DNA from: Sandarakinorhabdus sp.
Lineage (GTDB): Bacteria > Pseudomonadota > Alphaproteobacteria > Sphingomonadales > Sphingomonadaceae
Direction of reading: 5' to 3'
Length of the DNA stretch: 64,000 nucleotides
Assembly: GCF_051860625.1 (NCBI RefSeq)
Contig: NZ_JBHYDQ010000016.1
Span: forward strand, 4,156-68,155
Under the pieces are notes generated by a model. The model worked only from the letters and a program-made list of their open reading frames with translations, made no database searches and was not told where the DNA came from. The first letter of the stretch is position 1. Each line of letters starts with the position of its first letter. This document shows, piece by piece, positions 1 through 8,992 of this stretch. A program made the translations under genes and the position numbers.

Positions 1-65
1 AAGCAACGCGTCTTCTGGAACAGCTTGCGCCGCGCGCTTTCACACCAGCCGTGAGGAGACCGTAT

Positions 66-1322
66 ATGACCCGCATCGATCGCCGCCAGTTGATCGCCTA
101 TGGTGCTGCCGGCGCTGCCCTCGTGGCGCTGCCCGGCCCCGCCAACGCCGGTATCGGCAGCATCCCCGCCACCACCCCCATCGCTGCCGCCGCGCCGATC
201 ACCGCTGCCGAGCGCGTTGCCCGCATGGCCAAGGTGCAATCGTTGATGCAGCAGGCCGGCATCGGCGCGCTCCTGGTCGAGGCCGGTTCGACGCTGCGCT
301 ATTTCACCGGGATCAACTGGTGGCGCAGCGAGCGGCTGACGGCGGCGCTGATCCCCGCCGAAGGGCCGTTGTGCGTTGTCACGCCCTTCTTCGAGGAACC
401 GTCCATCCGCGAAATGCTGGCCGTGCCCGGTGATGTCCGCGTCTGGCAGGAAGATGAAAACCCGCACGCGCTGGTCGCCGGCTGGCTGCAGGACCGCAAG
501 CTGGCGGCCCGCCCGGTCGCCATCGAGGAGACCGTCCGTCACTTCGCCATCGACGGCCTGCAGCGCGCGCTCCCCGGTGTCGCCATCCGGTCGGGCGCTG
601 CGCTGGTCAATGCCTGCCGCATGGTGAAATCACCGGCCGAGATTGCACTGATGCAGCGGGCGTCGGACATCACCATCGCGGCCTATCGGGCCACGGCGTC
701 CCGGATCGAAACGGGCATGTCCGGCCCCGATATCTTTGTGATCATGGCGACCGAAATCGCCCGTTTCGGTGGGCAGACCCCGTCAGGTGGTATCCAGCTC
801 AACGAAGGCAGCGCGCTCCCGCACGGCTCCAAGGAACGTCAGCTGGTGCGCGAAGGCTCGGTCATCCTGATGGACTGCGGCTGCACGGTCGACGGCTATC
901 ATGCCGATATTTCCCGCACTCTCGTCCATGGCAGCGCGGATGCCAGCCAGCGCCGCCTGTTCGATCATGTGCGCCGCGGGCAGGACGCAGCCATGGCGGC
1001 CGCAAGGGTCGGCACGCCGGCGGGCCGCGTCGATGATGCCGTGCGCGCCGTCTATGAACCATTGGGCTATGGCCCGGGCTACAAGCTGCCCGGCCTGTCG
1101 CACCGCACCGGCCATGGCATCGGCATGGATGTCCACGAACCGGTCAATCTCGTGCATGGCGAGGCGACGCTGCTTGCCCCCGGCATGTGCTTCTCCAACG
1201 AGCCGGGGCTGTATGTGCCCGGCAGCTATGGCGTGCGCATCGAGGATTGTTTCTTCATGACCGAAACCGGCCCGCGCTGGTTTTCCACCCCACCCAAAAG
1301 CCTGGATGAGCCGTTCTCATGA
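66..1322 (+). CDS. M24-family Xaa-Pro aminopeptidase-like metallopeptidase, probably Tat-exported
   Basis: ORF 51..1322. ATG at 66 follows GAGGAG. N-terminus IDRRQLIAYGAAGAALVALPGPANA resembles a twin-arginine signal. HRTGHGIGMDVHE and GMCFSNEPG are pita-bread (M24) metal-ligand motifs. Confidence 0.8.
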   Translation: MTRIDRRQLIAYGAAGAALVALPGPANAGIGSIPATTPIAAAAPITAAERVARMAKVQSLMQQAGIGALLVEAGSTLRYFTGINWWRSERLTAALIPAEGPLCVVTPFFEEPSIREMLAVPGDVRVWQEDENPHALVAGWLQDRKLAARPVAIEETVRHFAIDGLQRALPGVAIRSGAALVNACRMVKSPAEIALMQRASDITIAAYRATASRIETGMSGPDIFVIMATEIARFGGQTPSGGIQLNEGSALPHGSKERQLVREGSVILMDCGCTVDGYHADISRTLVHGSADASQRRLFDHVRRGQDAAMAAARVGTPAGRVDDAVRAVYEPLGYGPGYKLPGLSHRTGHGIGMDVHEPVNLVHGEATLLAPGMCFSNEPGLYVPGSYGVRIEDCFFMTETGPRWFSTPPKSLDEPFS

Positions 1323-2683
1323 GTCTCAAGCACTTGCTCGGCGCCGCCGCCCTCGTTGCCGCCCCCGCACAAGCATTGGCTGCAGAACTGCCGCCGGCCG
1401 ATCAGGCCGAAGCCTCGATGCGCCCGGCGCTGCCCGAAATCTTGTCCTTGCGCGACCGGGCTGCCCTGCAGGATCGCTGGCTGCAGGAGCGTCTGGATAC
1501 GGTGGTCCCGGCGCTGATGCGCGAACATGGCATCGACATGTGGGTGCTGATCGCGCGCGAGAATTTCGAAGACCCCGTGATGGCGACGATGCTGAACGCC
1601 ACGTCGCTGCATGCCCGGCGGCGCACCGTGCTGATCTTCTTCGATCCCGGCGGCGGCAAGCCCGTGGAGCGGCTGGTGGTCAACAAGCATGGCATGGGGG
1701 ATCTGTTCGCACCGGCCTGGGACATGGAGAAAGAGCCTGACCAGTGGCGCCGCATCGCCGCGATCATCGCCGAGCGGTCCCCGCGCCGCATCGCGCTGAA
1801 TGTATCGGACGAACGCGCCTTTGCCGATGGCCTGACCCACAGCCAGCACGAGGCGCTGATGGCGGTGCTCACCCCGGCGCAGCGCGCCAGCGTGGTCTCC
1901 GCCTTCCCGCTGGCCATCGGTTGGCTGGAAACGCGCACCCCGGCCGAGATGGCGCATTATGGCGAGATCGTTCGCATCGCCCACGCCATCATCGGCGAAG
2001 GCTTCACTGCCGACGTCATCAAGCCCGGCACTACCAATGATGATCTGGTCTGGTGGTATCGCCAGCGCGTTTCCGATCTGGGGCTGGGATCATGGTTTCA
2101 TCCATCGGTGGAAATCACCCGCCAGGGCGTGCCCGGCGTCATCCGCGAAACCGCCGAAGCGATCCGGCCCGGCGACATGCTGCGCGTCGATTTCGGCATC
2201 ATCTATCTGGGATTGAACACCGATACCCAGCATGTCGCCTATGTGCTGCGGCCCGGCGAGCGCGATGCCCCGGCCGGGCTGAAGGCCGGGCTGCGTGCCA
2301 GCAACGCCGTGCAGGATGCGGTGACCAGCGAGATGCGCACCGGCGATACCGGCAATGCCATCCTGGCCCGCGCCCGCGCCAAGGCGATTGCGCAGGGCCT
2401 CAACCCCACCATCTATTCGCATCCCATCGGCTATCACGGCCATGGCGCCGGCAGCGCCATCGGCCTGTCGGAAAACCAGAGTTTCGTGCCGCATGGCGAA
2501 TATCGGTTGCGCCCCAATATCGCCTGGTCGATCGAACTGAAGGCCACCCAGGCCGTGCCCGAATGGGGCGGCCAGATGGTCGATTTCAAGACCGAGGAGG
2601 ACGCGTTCTTCGATGGCAGCCGCGTTTCCTACATCGATGGACGGCAAACGAAGTTCCATCTTGTCGGCGCCGATCCGCAATAG
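1319..2683 (+). CDS. M24-family metallopeptidase (aminopeptidase P-like), Sec signal
   Basis: ATGA overlap with the upstream M24 gene. Signal-like MSLKHLLGAAALVAAPAQALA. HPIGYHGHGAG and creatinase/AMP_N-like N-terminal half. Confidence 0.75.
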   Translation: MSLKHLLGAAALVAAPAQALAAELPPADQAEASMRPALPEILSLRDRAALQDRWLQERLDTVVPALMREHGIDMWVLIARENFEDPVMATMLNATSLHARRRTVLIFFDPGGGKPVERLVVNKHGMGDLFAPAWDMEKEPDQWRRIAAIIAERSPRRIALNVSDERAFADGLTHSQHEALMAVLTPAQRASVVSAFPLAIGWLETRTPAEMAHYGEIVRIAHAIIGEGFTADVIKPGTTNDDLVWWYRQRVSDLGLGSWFHPSVEITRQGVPGVIRETAEAIRPGDMLRVDFGIIYLGLNTDTQHVAYVLRPGERDAPAGLKAGLRASNAVQDAVTSEMRTGDTGNAILARARAKAIAQGLNPTIYSHPIGYHGHGAGSAIGLSENQSFVPHGEYRLRPNIAWSIELKATQAVPEWGGQMVDFKTEEDAFFDGSRVSYIDGRQTKFHLVGADPQ

Positions 2684-2726
2684 CCTGCGCATCAGCCGCC
2701 ACCCGGAAACAGCCCCGGTGCGCGGT

Positions 2727-4433
2727 TCAAGGATAACGCCAGCTCGTCAGGTCGGCGCCCTTCGGTGCGGTCTTCTGCATCCGATCGAGAATTTTTGGCA
2801 CATACATGCTGTTGTAGCGCAGCCTGGTGATCGAATTGGGCAGGGTCGGGTCGCCGTTCCAGCAATGCTCGGCGCGGTCGCCATAAGTCACCTCGCCCTG
2901 GTACGGCGGATCGGCCTTGGTCAGGAAATCCTCCATCAGATAGACGGCATTGTTGAGGTAGAAATTGTCCATATCGCCGACGTAGATATGGATCTTGCCT
3001 TGCAGCTTGGGTGCCAGCTTTGCCCAGTCGCGCTGCAGGATGTGGCGCAGATCATAATTCTCGCGCCAGTGCGCCGCCACCGCCTTGTCGATCACGCCCG
3101 TTGTCTTGTCCCAGATCGGCTTGGGGTAACCGTCATCGCCCATCGGGGAATAGACCGCATCCCAAATGTCCCACTGCCCGCCTGACCGCGATTTCGATCC
3201 GATCACCCGTTCGTAGCGATTCTCCATCTCGTTGGTCCAATTGGCATGGCCCAGATAGTTGCGGTTCACGAACCGCGGCACGCGCCCGAAATGCCCCTGT
3301 TTCCAAAAGGCGTTGTCGTCCGCATAGATATTGACCACCTTGGTTTGCCGGAAATCGATGCTGTCGGGGCAGGCGGCAAAGGCGCCGTTATATTCGTCGG
3401 GATAGAACAGCTGCACGGCCAGCGCCTCCCAGCCGCCGGTCGATCCGCCATAGGTGAAGCGCGCCCAGCCGGCGCCCAGCCCACGGAATTTCTTCTCCAG
3501 CGCCGGGATGAATTCCTGCTGGATGGCATCGCCATAGGGCCCGAGATTGGCCGAGTTCACCGCATAGCTGTCGTCGAAATAGGGATTGCTGTGGTCGATC
3601 TCCACAACCAGAAATCGCGGAAATTCGGGCGAAATCCACTTCTTGTAGAAATCATGCGCTTCCTGCTGCTCCACGCGGTTGTAGCAGGGATCGTTGAACC
3701 GCGCGTTCGGCTCGCACACCAGATCGGGATCGGGCGGCGTCGCCCTGATGCCGCTGAAGCCTTCCGGAAAATGGCCGTGGTTGATCATCACCGGATAGCG
3801 CGCTTCGGGGTGGGCATCGAAATCGCGGGGCACCAGCACATAGGCATTCAGAAACGTGTCGCGGCCCCAGAATTTCGAAAGGCTGGGGCTCCTGAAGCTG
3901 AAGCGCCGCACGAATTCGGTATCGGCGGGCGGCGTGATCTCGGGCAGCACCTTGTCGAGCAGCAGATCGATCGGCGTTGCGGCCGCCGGATCATAGTCGA
4001 TCTGTCGGACCGCGCTGATGAGATTGCCCGGCTCCTTGCGCCAGTTCTGCCCCGCGCCGCGCGCTGCCGGCAGCTTCACCGTCTTGCCGTTGGCCAGTTT
4101 GAAATTGTCGTACTTGTGCAGGATCGCCTGCACGAAATAGCGGCCCTTGGGGATTTCGCCCATCGTTTCCAGCGGATAGCCGGTCACGCTGCCATCAATG
4201 CTGACCGACTGCCCGGCGCGCATCCCGTCAGCATCCACGCCGAATATCTGCGCCGATGTGTTGCTGCGGTTGGCCTGAAAGCGCGGTTCGCTGGCGCCAT
4301 CCTTGGTCAGCACCACCAGCACGCGGCCGTCATAGGCGGCTTGCGGCTGGCCAGGCCCCAACGTCACCCGAAACGGCCCGGCCGCCGCCGACCCAGCCAG
4401 CGCCAGCGCAATCAAGACCCCATATTTCAACAT
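2727..4433 (-). CDS. secreted alpha/beta-hydrolase (putative-esterase family)
   Basis: ORF 2727..4502. Start moved to ATG 4433 (MLKYGVLIALALAGSAAAGP signal, AAGGGGA upstream). GGSTGGW fits a GxSxG nucleophile elbow. Confidence 0.6.
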   Translation of the reverse strand: MLKYGVLIALALAGSAAAGPFRVTLGPGQPQAAYDGRVLVVLTKDGASEPRFQANRSNTSAQIFGVDADGMRAGQSVSIDGSVTGYPLETMGEIPKGRYFVQAILHKYDNFKLANGKTVKLPAARGAGQNWRKEPGNLISAVRQIDYDPAAATPIDLLLDKVLPEITPPADTEFVRRFSFRSPSLSKFWGRDTFLNAYVLVPRDFDAHPEARYPVMINHGHFPEGFSGIRATPPDPDLVCEPNARFNDPCYNRVEQQEAHDFYKKWISPEFPRFLVVEIDHSNPYFDDSYAVNSANLGPYGDAIQQEFIPALEKKFRGLGAGWARFTYGGSTGGWEALAVQLFYPDEYNGAFAACPDSIDFRQTKVVNIYADDNAFWKQGHFGRVPRFVNRNYLGHANWTNEMENRYERVIGSKSRSGGQWDIWDAVYSPMGDDGYPKPIWDKTTGVIDKAVAAHWRENYDLRHILQRDWAKLAPKLQGKIHIYVGDMDNFYLNNAVYLMEDFLTKADPPYQGEVTYGDRAEHCWNGDPTLPNSITRLRYNSMYVPKILDRMQKTAPKGADLTSWRYP

Positions 4434-4513
4434 TTTGCCGTTCCCCTTAGGATTAGGGGCATAATGCCTGGCACGGGCGGGGAGGCAAGGGTCTTGCCGC
4501 AATCATGCCGCGC

Positions 4514-4984
4514 TCAACGCGGGTTGAGATCGACCACCTTCCAGTTGAGCGACGCTGCAAATGCCACCCACGCCAGATAGGGCAGGATCAACAAGGCCGC
4601 CAGCTGGTCGATGGGCCACAGGCCGATCACCATTGCGAGCACCGAAGCCCAGAGGAACGGCACTTCGATCAGCGCCCAGTCGGGCCGCTGCAGCTTGAAG
4701 AACAACGGGCTCCAGGCCACGTGAAACACGCCGTTTACCCCGAACAGGATCAGCACGTCGCGCTGCTGCGCCGGGTCGCCAGCGTTCCAGGCGCGTAATG
4801 CCGCCCAGGCCGCAAGACCGAGGATGATCGTCCACCCCGGCCCGAATGCCCAGCCGGGCGGCTGCCATGCCGGCTTGCGCAATCGTGCATACCAGTCGGC
4901 GCGCGGCGTCATCAGCCCGCCAATCAGGCAGAGGCCCACCATCCAGGTGATGGCATAAACCAGTGGCAGGTTGAGTTCGGACAC
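4514..4984 (-). CDS. tspO: TspO/MBR tryptophan-rich sensory protein
   Basis: 156 aa, five hydrophobic segments, W-rich. RKPAWQPPGWAFGPGWTIILGLAAWA is typical of TspO. GTG start. Confidence 0.85.
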   Translation of the reverse strand: MSELNLPLVYAITWMVGLCLIGGLMTPRADWYARLRKPAWQPPGWAFGPGWTIILGLAAWAALRAWNAGDPAQQRDVLILFGVNGVFHVAWSPLFFKLQRPDWALIEVPFLWASVLAMVIGLWPIDQLAALLILPYLAWVAFAASLNWKVVDLNPR

Positions 4985-5132
4985 CGATGTGCCTCACTTT
5001 CAACCGCCACCATGCCGTATCCCGGCTCTGCCAGATAGGGTGGTCTTCACCCATAGGTATCTGATTTCCGGCGTTTTCCGTTTTGCCGGTACCGCGCCGG
5101 CATGGCGGCCGCGAATTGCACCGCTCGCGGTG

Positions 5133-5528
5133 TCAAAGCCCCTGTTCGCGAACGGCTTTCCTGCTCTGCCGGCGCCGGTGCCAGCGGTAGAGCGCCGGGG
5201 CAAACACATGATCATAGGCTGCGCTGGCCACATGGCTGATCCCCGGCAGCCCCACGATCTTCGCGAGCAAACGATAGCGCGGCATCTGCGACCACAACAC
5301 CAGAAACGCGGGCACGCCCGACACCAGCACACCATCATGTTGCACGTACAGATTGCGCGCGGCGGTATCGGAATCGAGCCCCCACCGCTCCCGCGCATCC
5401 GTGTTGAGGTCATCAAAACGGATCGTCAGGCCCGCTTCGTCGACATAGCGCGCATAATGCCCGATTTCGACGTTACAGACCGGGCATTGCGAGTTGTAGA
5501 GAACCGCCGTCTCAGAATTTTTGGCCAT
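5133..5528 (-). CDS. thiol-disulfide oxidoreductase DCC family (DUF393)
   Basis: ORF 5133..5702. Start moved to ATG 5528 (MAKNSETAVLYNSQCPVCN). N-terminal CxxC as in the DCC family. Confidence 0.7.
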   Translation of the reverse strand: MAKNSETAVLYNSQCPVCNVEIGHYARYVDEAGLTIRFDDLNTDARERWGLDSDTAARNLYVQHDGVLVSGVPAFLVLWSQMPRYRLLAKIVGLPGISHVASAAYDHVFAPALYRWHRRRQSRKAVREQGL

Positions 5529-5654
5529 GCACCGTGGATAGTGACAGACGGAAACTTCGCCATGGCGCACCTCGCCGCAGGGCAGAATGGTTCCGATTTC
5601 AGCCTGGTCAAGCGCCGCCACGCCGCGGTGGTCGAAGGCAAAAATGTCAAAAAA

Positions 5655-5672
5655 TGTAACTCGTAATTTACA
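5655..5672. promoter_or_regulatory. inverted repeat TGTAA-N8-TTACA, candidate enhancer-binding-protein site (copy 1)
   Basis: Read directly: aTGTAActcgtaatTTACAc, centred about 73 bp upstream of the -24 GG. The same motif occurs at the same distance upstream of the paralogous gene. Confidence 0.45.
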
Positions 5673-5734
5673 CTTCTGAACGTTCAGACCATCGCAACGC
5701 AAATAAAATCAGCATGTTGCTAGATTTTGGCAAC

Positions 5735-5750
5735 TGGCACGCCTTTTGCA
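5735..5750 (+). promoter_or_regulatory. sigma-54 (RpoN) -24/-12 promoter
   Basis: TGGCACgccttTTGCA: perfect GG/GC elements with canonical spacing, 57 nt upstream of ATG 5808. Confidence 0.7.
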
Positions 5751-5807
5751 TTTGTAAAACGTGTCGACTCAGATTGTCTGGTCGGAATTTTGCCAAAGAG
5801 GCTTCTG

Positions 5808-6596
5808 ATGAAAATCGCCAAGCTCATTCTCGCCGCTGCCGTCGCGGCTTCGGCCACCACCGCCATCCCGGCCTCGGCCGTTGAAGTCGTGTTCGCCAAC
5901 ATCACCGCCACCGGTGGTCAGAACTTCAATTTCCGCCGGGGCAACGTGAACACGGACACGGCCATCTTCCAGACGACGGCCACGGCCACGTCCAATACCG
6001 CCGGCGCCACCGACGTGCTGTTCTCGCTGAGCGGTAACACCGCGCCGTTGTTCCAGCAGGCAAAATTCCTGCTGCAGGGCACGACTGTGGGTGATGCCGC
6101 CGTCCTGAGCGCCGGCAACTTCCAGCAGCAGCTCGATCAGTTCACCTTCTCGATCCGCGCCAGCAATGCCTTCACCTATGGCGGCACCAATTTTGCTGCT
6201 AACGATATCTTGCTGTCGGGCAGCGTGCAGAACGCCAATCTGTCCGGCAACATCGGCGGCACCACTGGCGGGATCAACGCGTCGACCGCGGGCGGCGCCA
6301 CCATCCTGTTCGACCCGACCCCGCTGCTGACCTTCGAACCGAGCTCGCAGTTCGGCCTCGCCTTCACGTTGAACAGTGTGCTGCCCACCTTCGGGGCCGC
6401 GCCTGGTTCGGCATTGAATTCGTTCCGCTCGCAGATGAGCGGCGCGTTCCAGTCGGATCCGGCGCCCGTGTTCGCTGATCCGACGCCACCGGTTGTTTCC
6501 AGCATTCCTGAACCGGGCACCTGGGCGATGATGATCGTCGGCATGGGCCTGGTTGGCTTTGCCCGCCGCCGCCGCAATATCGCGGTTGCTGCCTGA
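5808..6596 (+). CDS. PEPxxWA-CTERM (PEP-CTERM) sorting-domain secreted protein, paralog 1
   Basis: ORF 5727..6596. ATG 5808 gives signal peptide MKIAKLILAAAVAASATTAIPASA. C-terminus IPEPGTWAMMIVGMGLVGFARRRR equals a PEP motif, TM helix and Arg cluster. Confidence 0.8.
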   Translation: MKIAKLILAAAVAASATTAIPASAVEVVFANITATGGQNFNFRRGNVNTDTAIFQTTATATSNTAGATDVLFSLSGNTAPLFQQAKFLLQGTTVGDAAVLSAGNFQQQLDQFTFSIRASNAFTYGGTNFAANDILLSGSVQNANLSGNIGGTTGGINASTAGGATILFDPTPLLTFEPSSQFGLAFTLNSVLPTFGAAPGSALNSFRSQMSGAFQSDPAPVFADPTPPVVSSIPEPGTWAMMIVGMGLVGFARRRRNIAVAA

Positions 6597-6619
6597 ACCG
6601 CGGTTCACGCCCGACAGCC

Positions 6620-6646
6620 AAGGGGGGCCGGAACGCCGGCCCCCTT
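6620..6646 (+). terminator. GC-rich hairpin after paralog 1
   Basis: AAGGGGGGCCGG-AACG-CCGGCCCCCTT. The U-tract is weak. Confidence 0.4.
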
Positions 6647-6692
6647 CCGCCGTGCCCGGCCGGCTGCAAGACGCCCGCCATTGTTGGTCTGT

Positions 6693-6710
6693 TGTAAACC
6701 ATATCTTACA
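6693..6710. promoter_or_regulatory. inverted repeat TGTAA-N8-TTACA, candidate enhancer-binding-protein site (copy 2)
   Basis: tTGTAAaccatatcTTACAc, centred about 74 bp upstream of the second -24 GG. Confidence 0.45.
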
Positions 6711-6773
6711 CCCATGGCTCAGCCGTGAATCGCAAATCCCGGTTTTTCAATAGCTTGGGTACATCTACCCACT

Positions 6774-6789
6774 TGGCACACCCTTTGCA
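6774..6789 (+). promoter_or_regulatory. sigma-54 (RpoN) -24/-12 promoter
   Basis: TGGCACaccctTTGCA, 56 nt upstream of ATG 6846. Confidence 0.7.
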
Positions 6790-6845
6790 TAATTGATTGC
6801 GACGGCCAGCAATGTTGGCCGACGAATTGCAGAGGGAGAACTCGA

Positions 6846-7640
6846 ATGAATATCACCAAGCTCATCCTGGCCGCTGCGGTCGCCGCGTCTGCCACCACCG
6901 CCGTCCCGGCCTCGGCTGTCGAAGTCGTGTTCGCCAACGTGACCGCCACTGCCGGCCAGAATTTCCACTGGCGCCGCGGCAACGTGAATACCGACACCGC
7001 CATTTTCAACACCACTGCAACGCCGACCAGCAACATCGCGGGCGCAACGTCCGTGCTGTTCTCGTTGAGCGGCAACACCACGCCGCTGTTCACGCAGGCC
7101 ACGCTTCTGCTCCAGGGTACCACCGTCAATTCGGCAGCGGTCGTTGGTGCCGGCAACACGTTCACCCAGAACGTTGATGAGTTCACCTTCACCATCCGTT
7201 CCGGCAGCGCTTTCAACTACGGTACCGTCTCGGTGGCGACCAACGATATCCTGCTGTCGGGTACGGTGGGCAACGCGATCATCACGGGGACCCTGGGTGG
7301 CACCTCGGGCGCGTTCAGCGCCTCGACGTTGGGTGGTTCGTCCATCATGTTCAACCCGACGCCGCTGTTGGCGTTCCAGCCCAACTCGGAATTCGGTCTG
7401 TCGTTCACCTTGAACAGCGTTGCGCCGGCCTTTGCAGTTGCCAACGCCTCTTCGGCGCTTTCCACCTTCCGGTCGCAGGGCAGCGGCGCTTTCCAGTCGA
7501 ACCCGGAACCGATCTTCGGCAGCCCGCTGCCGCCGGCGCCCCCGGCCATCCCTGAGCCGGGCACCTGGGCGATGATGATTGTCGGTATGGGTCTGGTGGG
7601 CTTCGCTCGCCGCCGCCGCAGCGCCACGGTTGCTGCCTGA
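6846..7640 (+). CDS. PEPxxWA-CTERM (PEP-CTERM) sorting-domain secreted protein, paralog 2
   Basis: Signal MNITKLILAAAVAASATTAVPASA. C-terminal IPEPGTWAMMIVGMGLVGFARRRR is identical to paralog 1. Collinear similarity throughout. Confidence 0.8.
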   Translation: MNITKLILAAAVAASATTAVPASAVEVVFANVTATAGQNFHWRRGNVNTDTAIFNTTATPTSNIAGATSVLFSLSGNTTPLFTQATLLLQGTTVNSAAVVGAGNTFTQNVDEFTFTIRSGSAFNYGTVSVATNDILLSGTVGNAIITGTLGGTSGAFSASTLGGSSIMFNPTPLLAFQPNSEFGLSFTLNSVAPAFAVANASSALSTFRSQGSGAFQSNPEPIFGSPLPPAPPAIPEPGTWAMMIVGMGLVGFARRRRSATVAA

Positions 7641-7664
7641 ATTTCAGCCAAACGCTGAATATGG

Positions 7665-7697
7665 AAAAGGGCCGGGCAACCGGCCCTTTTCTTTTTT
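7665..7697 (+). terminator. rho-independent terminator
   Basis: AAAAGGGCCGG-GCAA-CCGGCCCTTTT followed by CTTTTTTGG. Confidence 0.7.
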
Positions 7698-7741
7698 GGA
7701 AAACAACGCTCTACGTGAAGTAGGCCGCCCCCCAGCGTTGA

Positions 7742-8908
7742 TCAGGCGGCGCGGCGGCTCGACAACACAGCGGCATAGCCTGCGAACAATTGCGCGAAAT
7801 GCGCGTCGATCGTCCGCGCCGTCGGCGCCGCTGCCATTGCCGCCGATCGTAACGCCGGAATCTGCGGTATGGCTTGCGCCACCACGCCGGCCAGACTCGC
7901 GGCATCCAGCGATCGAAACGCCAAGCCAAGCCCAGGCGCCAACTGGTCATAAGCCGCACCTTCATCCGGCACGATCAACGGCAGGCCACTGGCGCGGGCT
8001 TCGGCGCAGGCAATGCCAAAGGTTTCGGCTGGCGCGCCGTGTACCATCATGTCGGCGCTGGCCAATATCCGCGCAAACTCCGCGCGGTCACGCACGGGGG
8101 CGATCAACTGGATATGCGGGTTTTCGCCCACGGCGCGCGCCACCGATGCCCGGGCATGGCCATCGCCCAGAATGATCAGGCCCAGCGGCCGGCCATAGCT
8201 GGCTGCGGTGACCCCGGCGATCACCATCGGCCATTGCTTTTCCGGGCTGTGGCGGCCGACGCCAATCAACAGGGTCGCCTCCGGCGGCAGGCTGCACTGC
8301 GCCAGCAATCGCGCGCGCAGCATCTCGTCGCGATTGGCGGGTGAAAACACCCCAGGGTCAACACCCAGCGCATTGTCGACAATCTTGGTGAGGCCGCCGT
8401 CGCGCAGCCGCTTGGACAGGCTGGGCGCCGCCGAAATCACCTGATCATAACGCGCATCGAGCCGCCGCAGATAGCGCCAGAACCAATCGAAACCGCGATC
8501 GATGGCATGGCGCGGCAGCAATCCATCCAGATAGCGATAAACCCAGGCCGACAGCGGCTCGGCATGCATGAACAGGCTGCGCGGCGCGGTGCCCGGCCAT
8601 TCCGCCACCGCAGCAGCACTGCCCCACGGCGACGAACATTCGATGAAGTCCGGCTGCTCTTTGTCCAGCACGGCATGAATGATGCGATCATTGGCGAAAT
8701 AGAAATAGTTGCGATCAAGCGGGAAGCGCGGGGAGCGCAGGCTGATCAGCCGCGCCCGTCCGACATGCCGCACAGCATCGTCCGCGCCTGGCACCACCAC
8801 CGTCAGCCGCACACCATGTTGTTCCGCCACTTCCAGCTTGCGGTGGGTATAGGTGCGTATCCCGCCGCCATCGGGCGAATAAAGTGCCGAGATGTCAACA
8901 ACATGCAC
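7742..8908 (-). CDS. GT4-family (GT-B) glycosyltransferase
   Basis: 388 aa, GTG start. C-terminal half has an E-x7-E-like ETFGIACAEARASGLPLIV pattern typical of GT1/GT4 enzymes. Confidence 0.8.
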   Translation of the reverse strand: MHVVDISALYSPDGGGIRTYTHRKLEVAEQHGVRLTVVVPGADDAVRHVGRARLISLRSPRFPLDRNYFYFANDRIIHAVLDKEQPDFIECSSPWGSAAAVAEWPGTAPRSLFMHAEPLSAWVYRYLDGLLPRHAIDRGFDWFWRYLRRLDARYDQVISAAPSLSKRLRDGGLTKIVDNALGVDPGVFSPANRDEMLRARLLAQCSLPPEATLLIGVGRHSPEKQWPMVIAGVTAASYGRPLGLIILGDGHARASVARAVGENPHIQLIAPVRDRAEFARILASADMMVHGAPAETFGIACAEARASGLPLIVPDEGAAYDQLAPGLGLAFRSLDAASLAGVVAQAIPQIPALRSAAMAAAPTARTIDAHFAQLFAGYAAVLSSRRAA

Positions 8909-8992
8909 GTGAAAAAGCCATGCCCCTGCTGCGGTGTGTATCGACCGTGTATCGCTTCTTCTGCTGCTGCCGCTGGCCGGTCAAGCCCGCAA

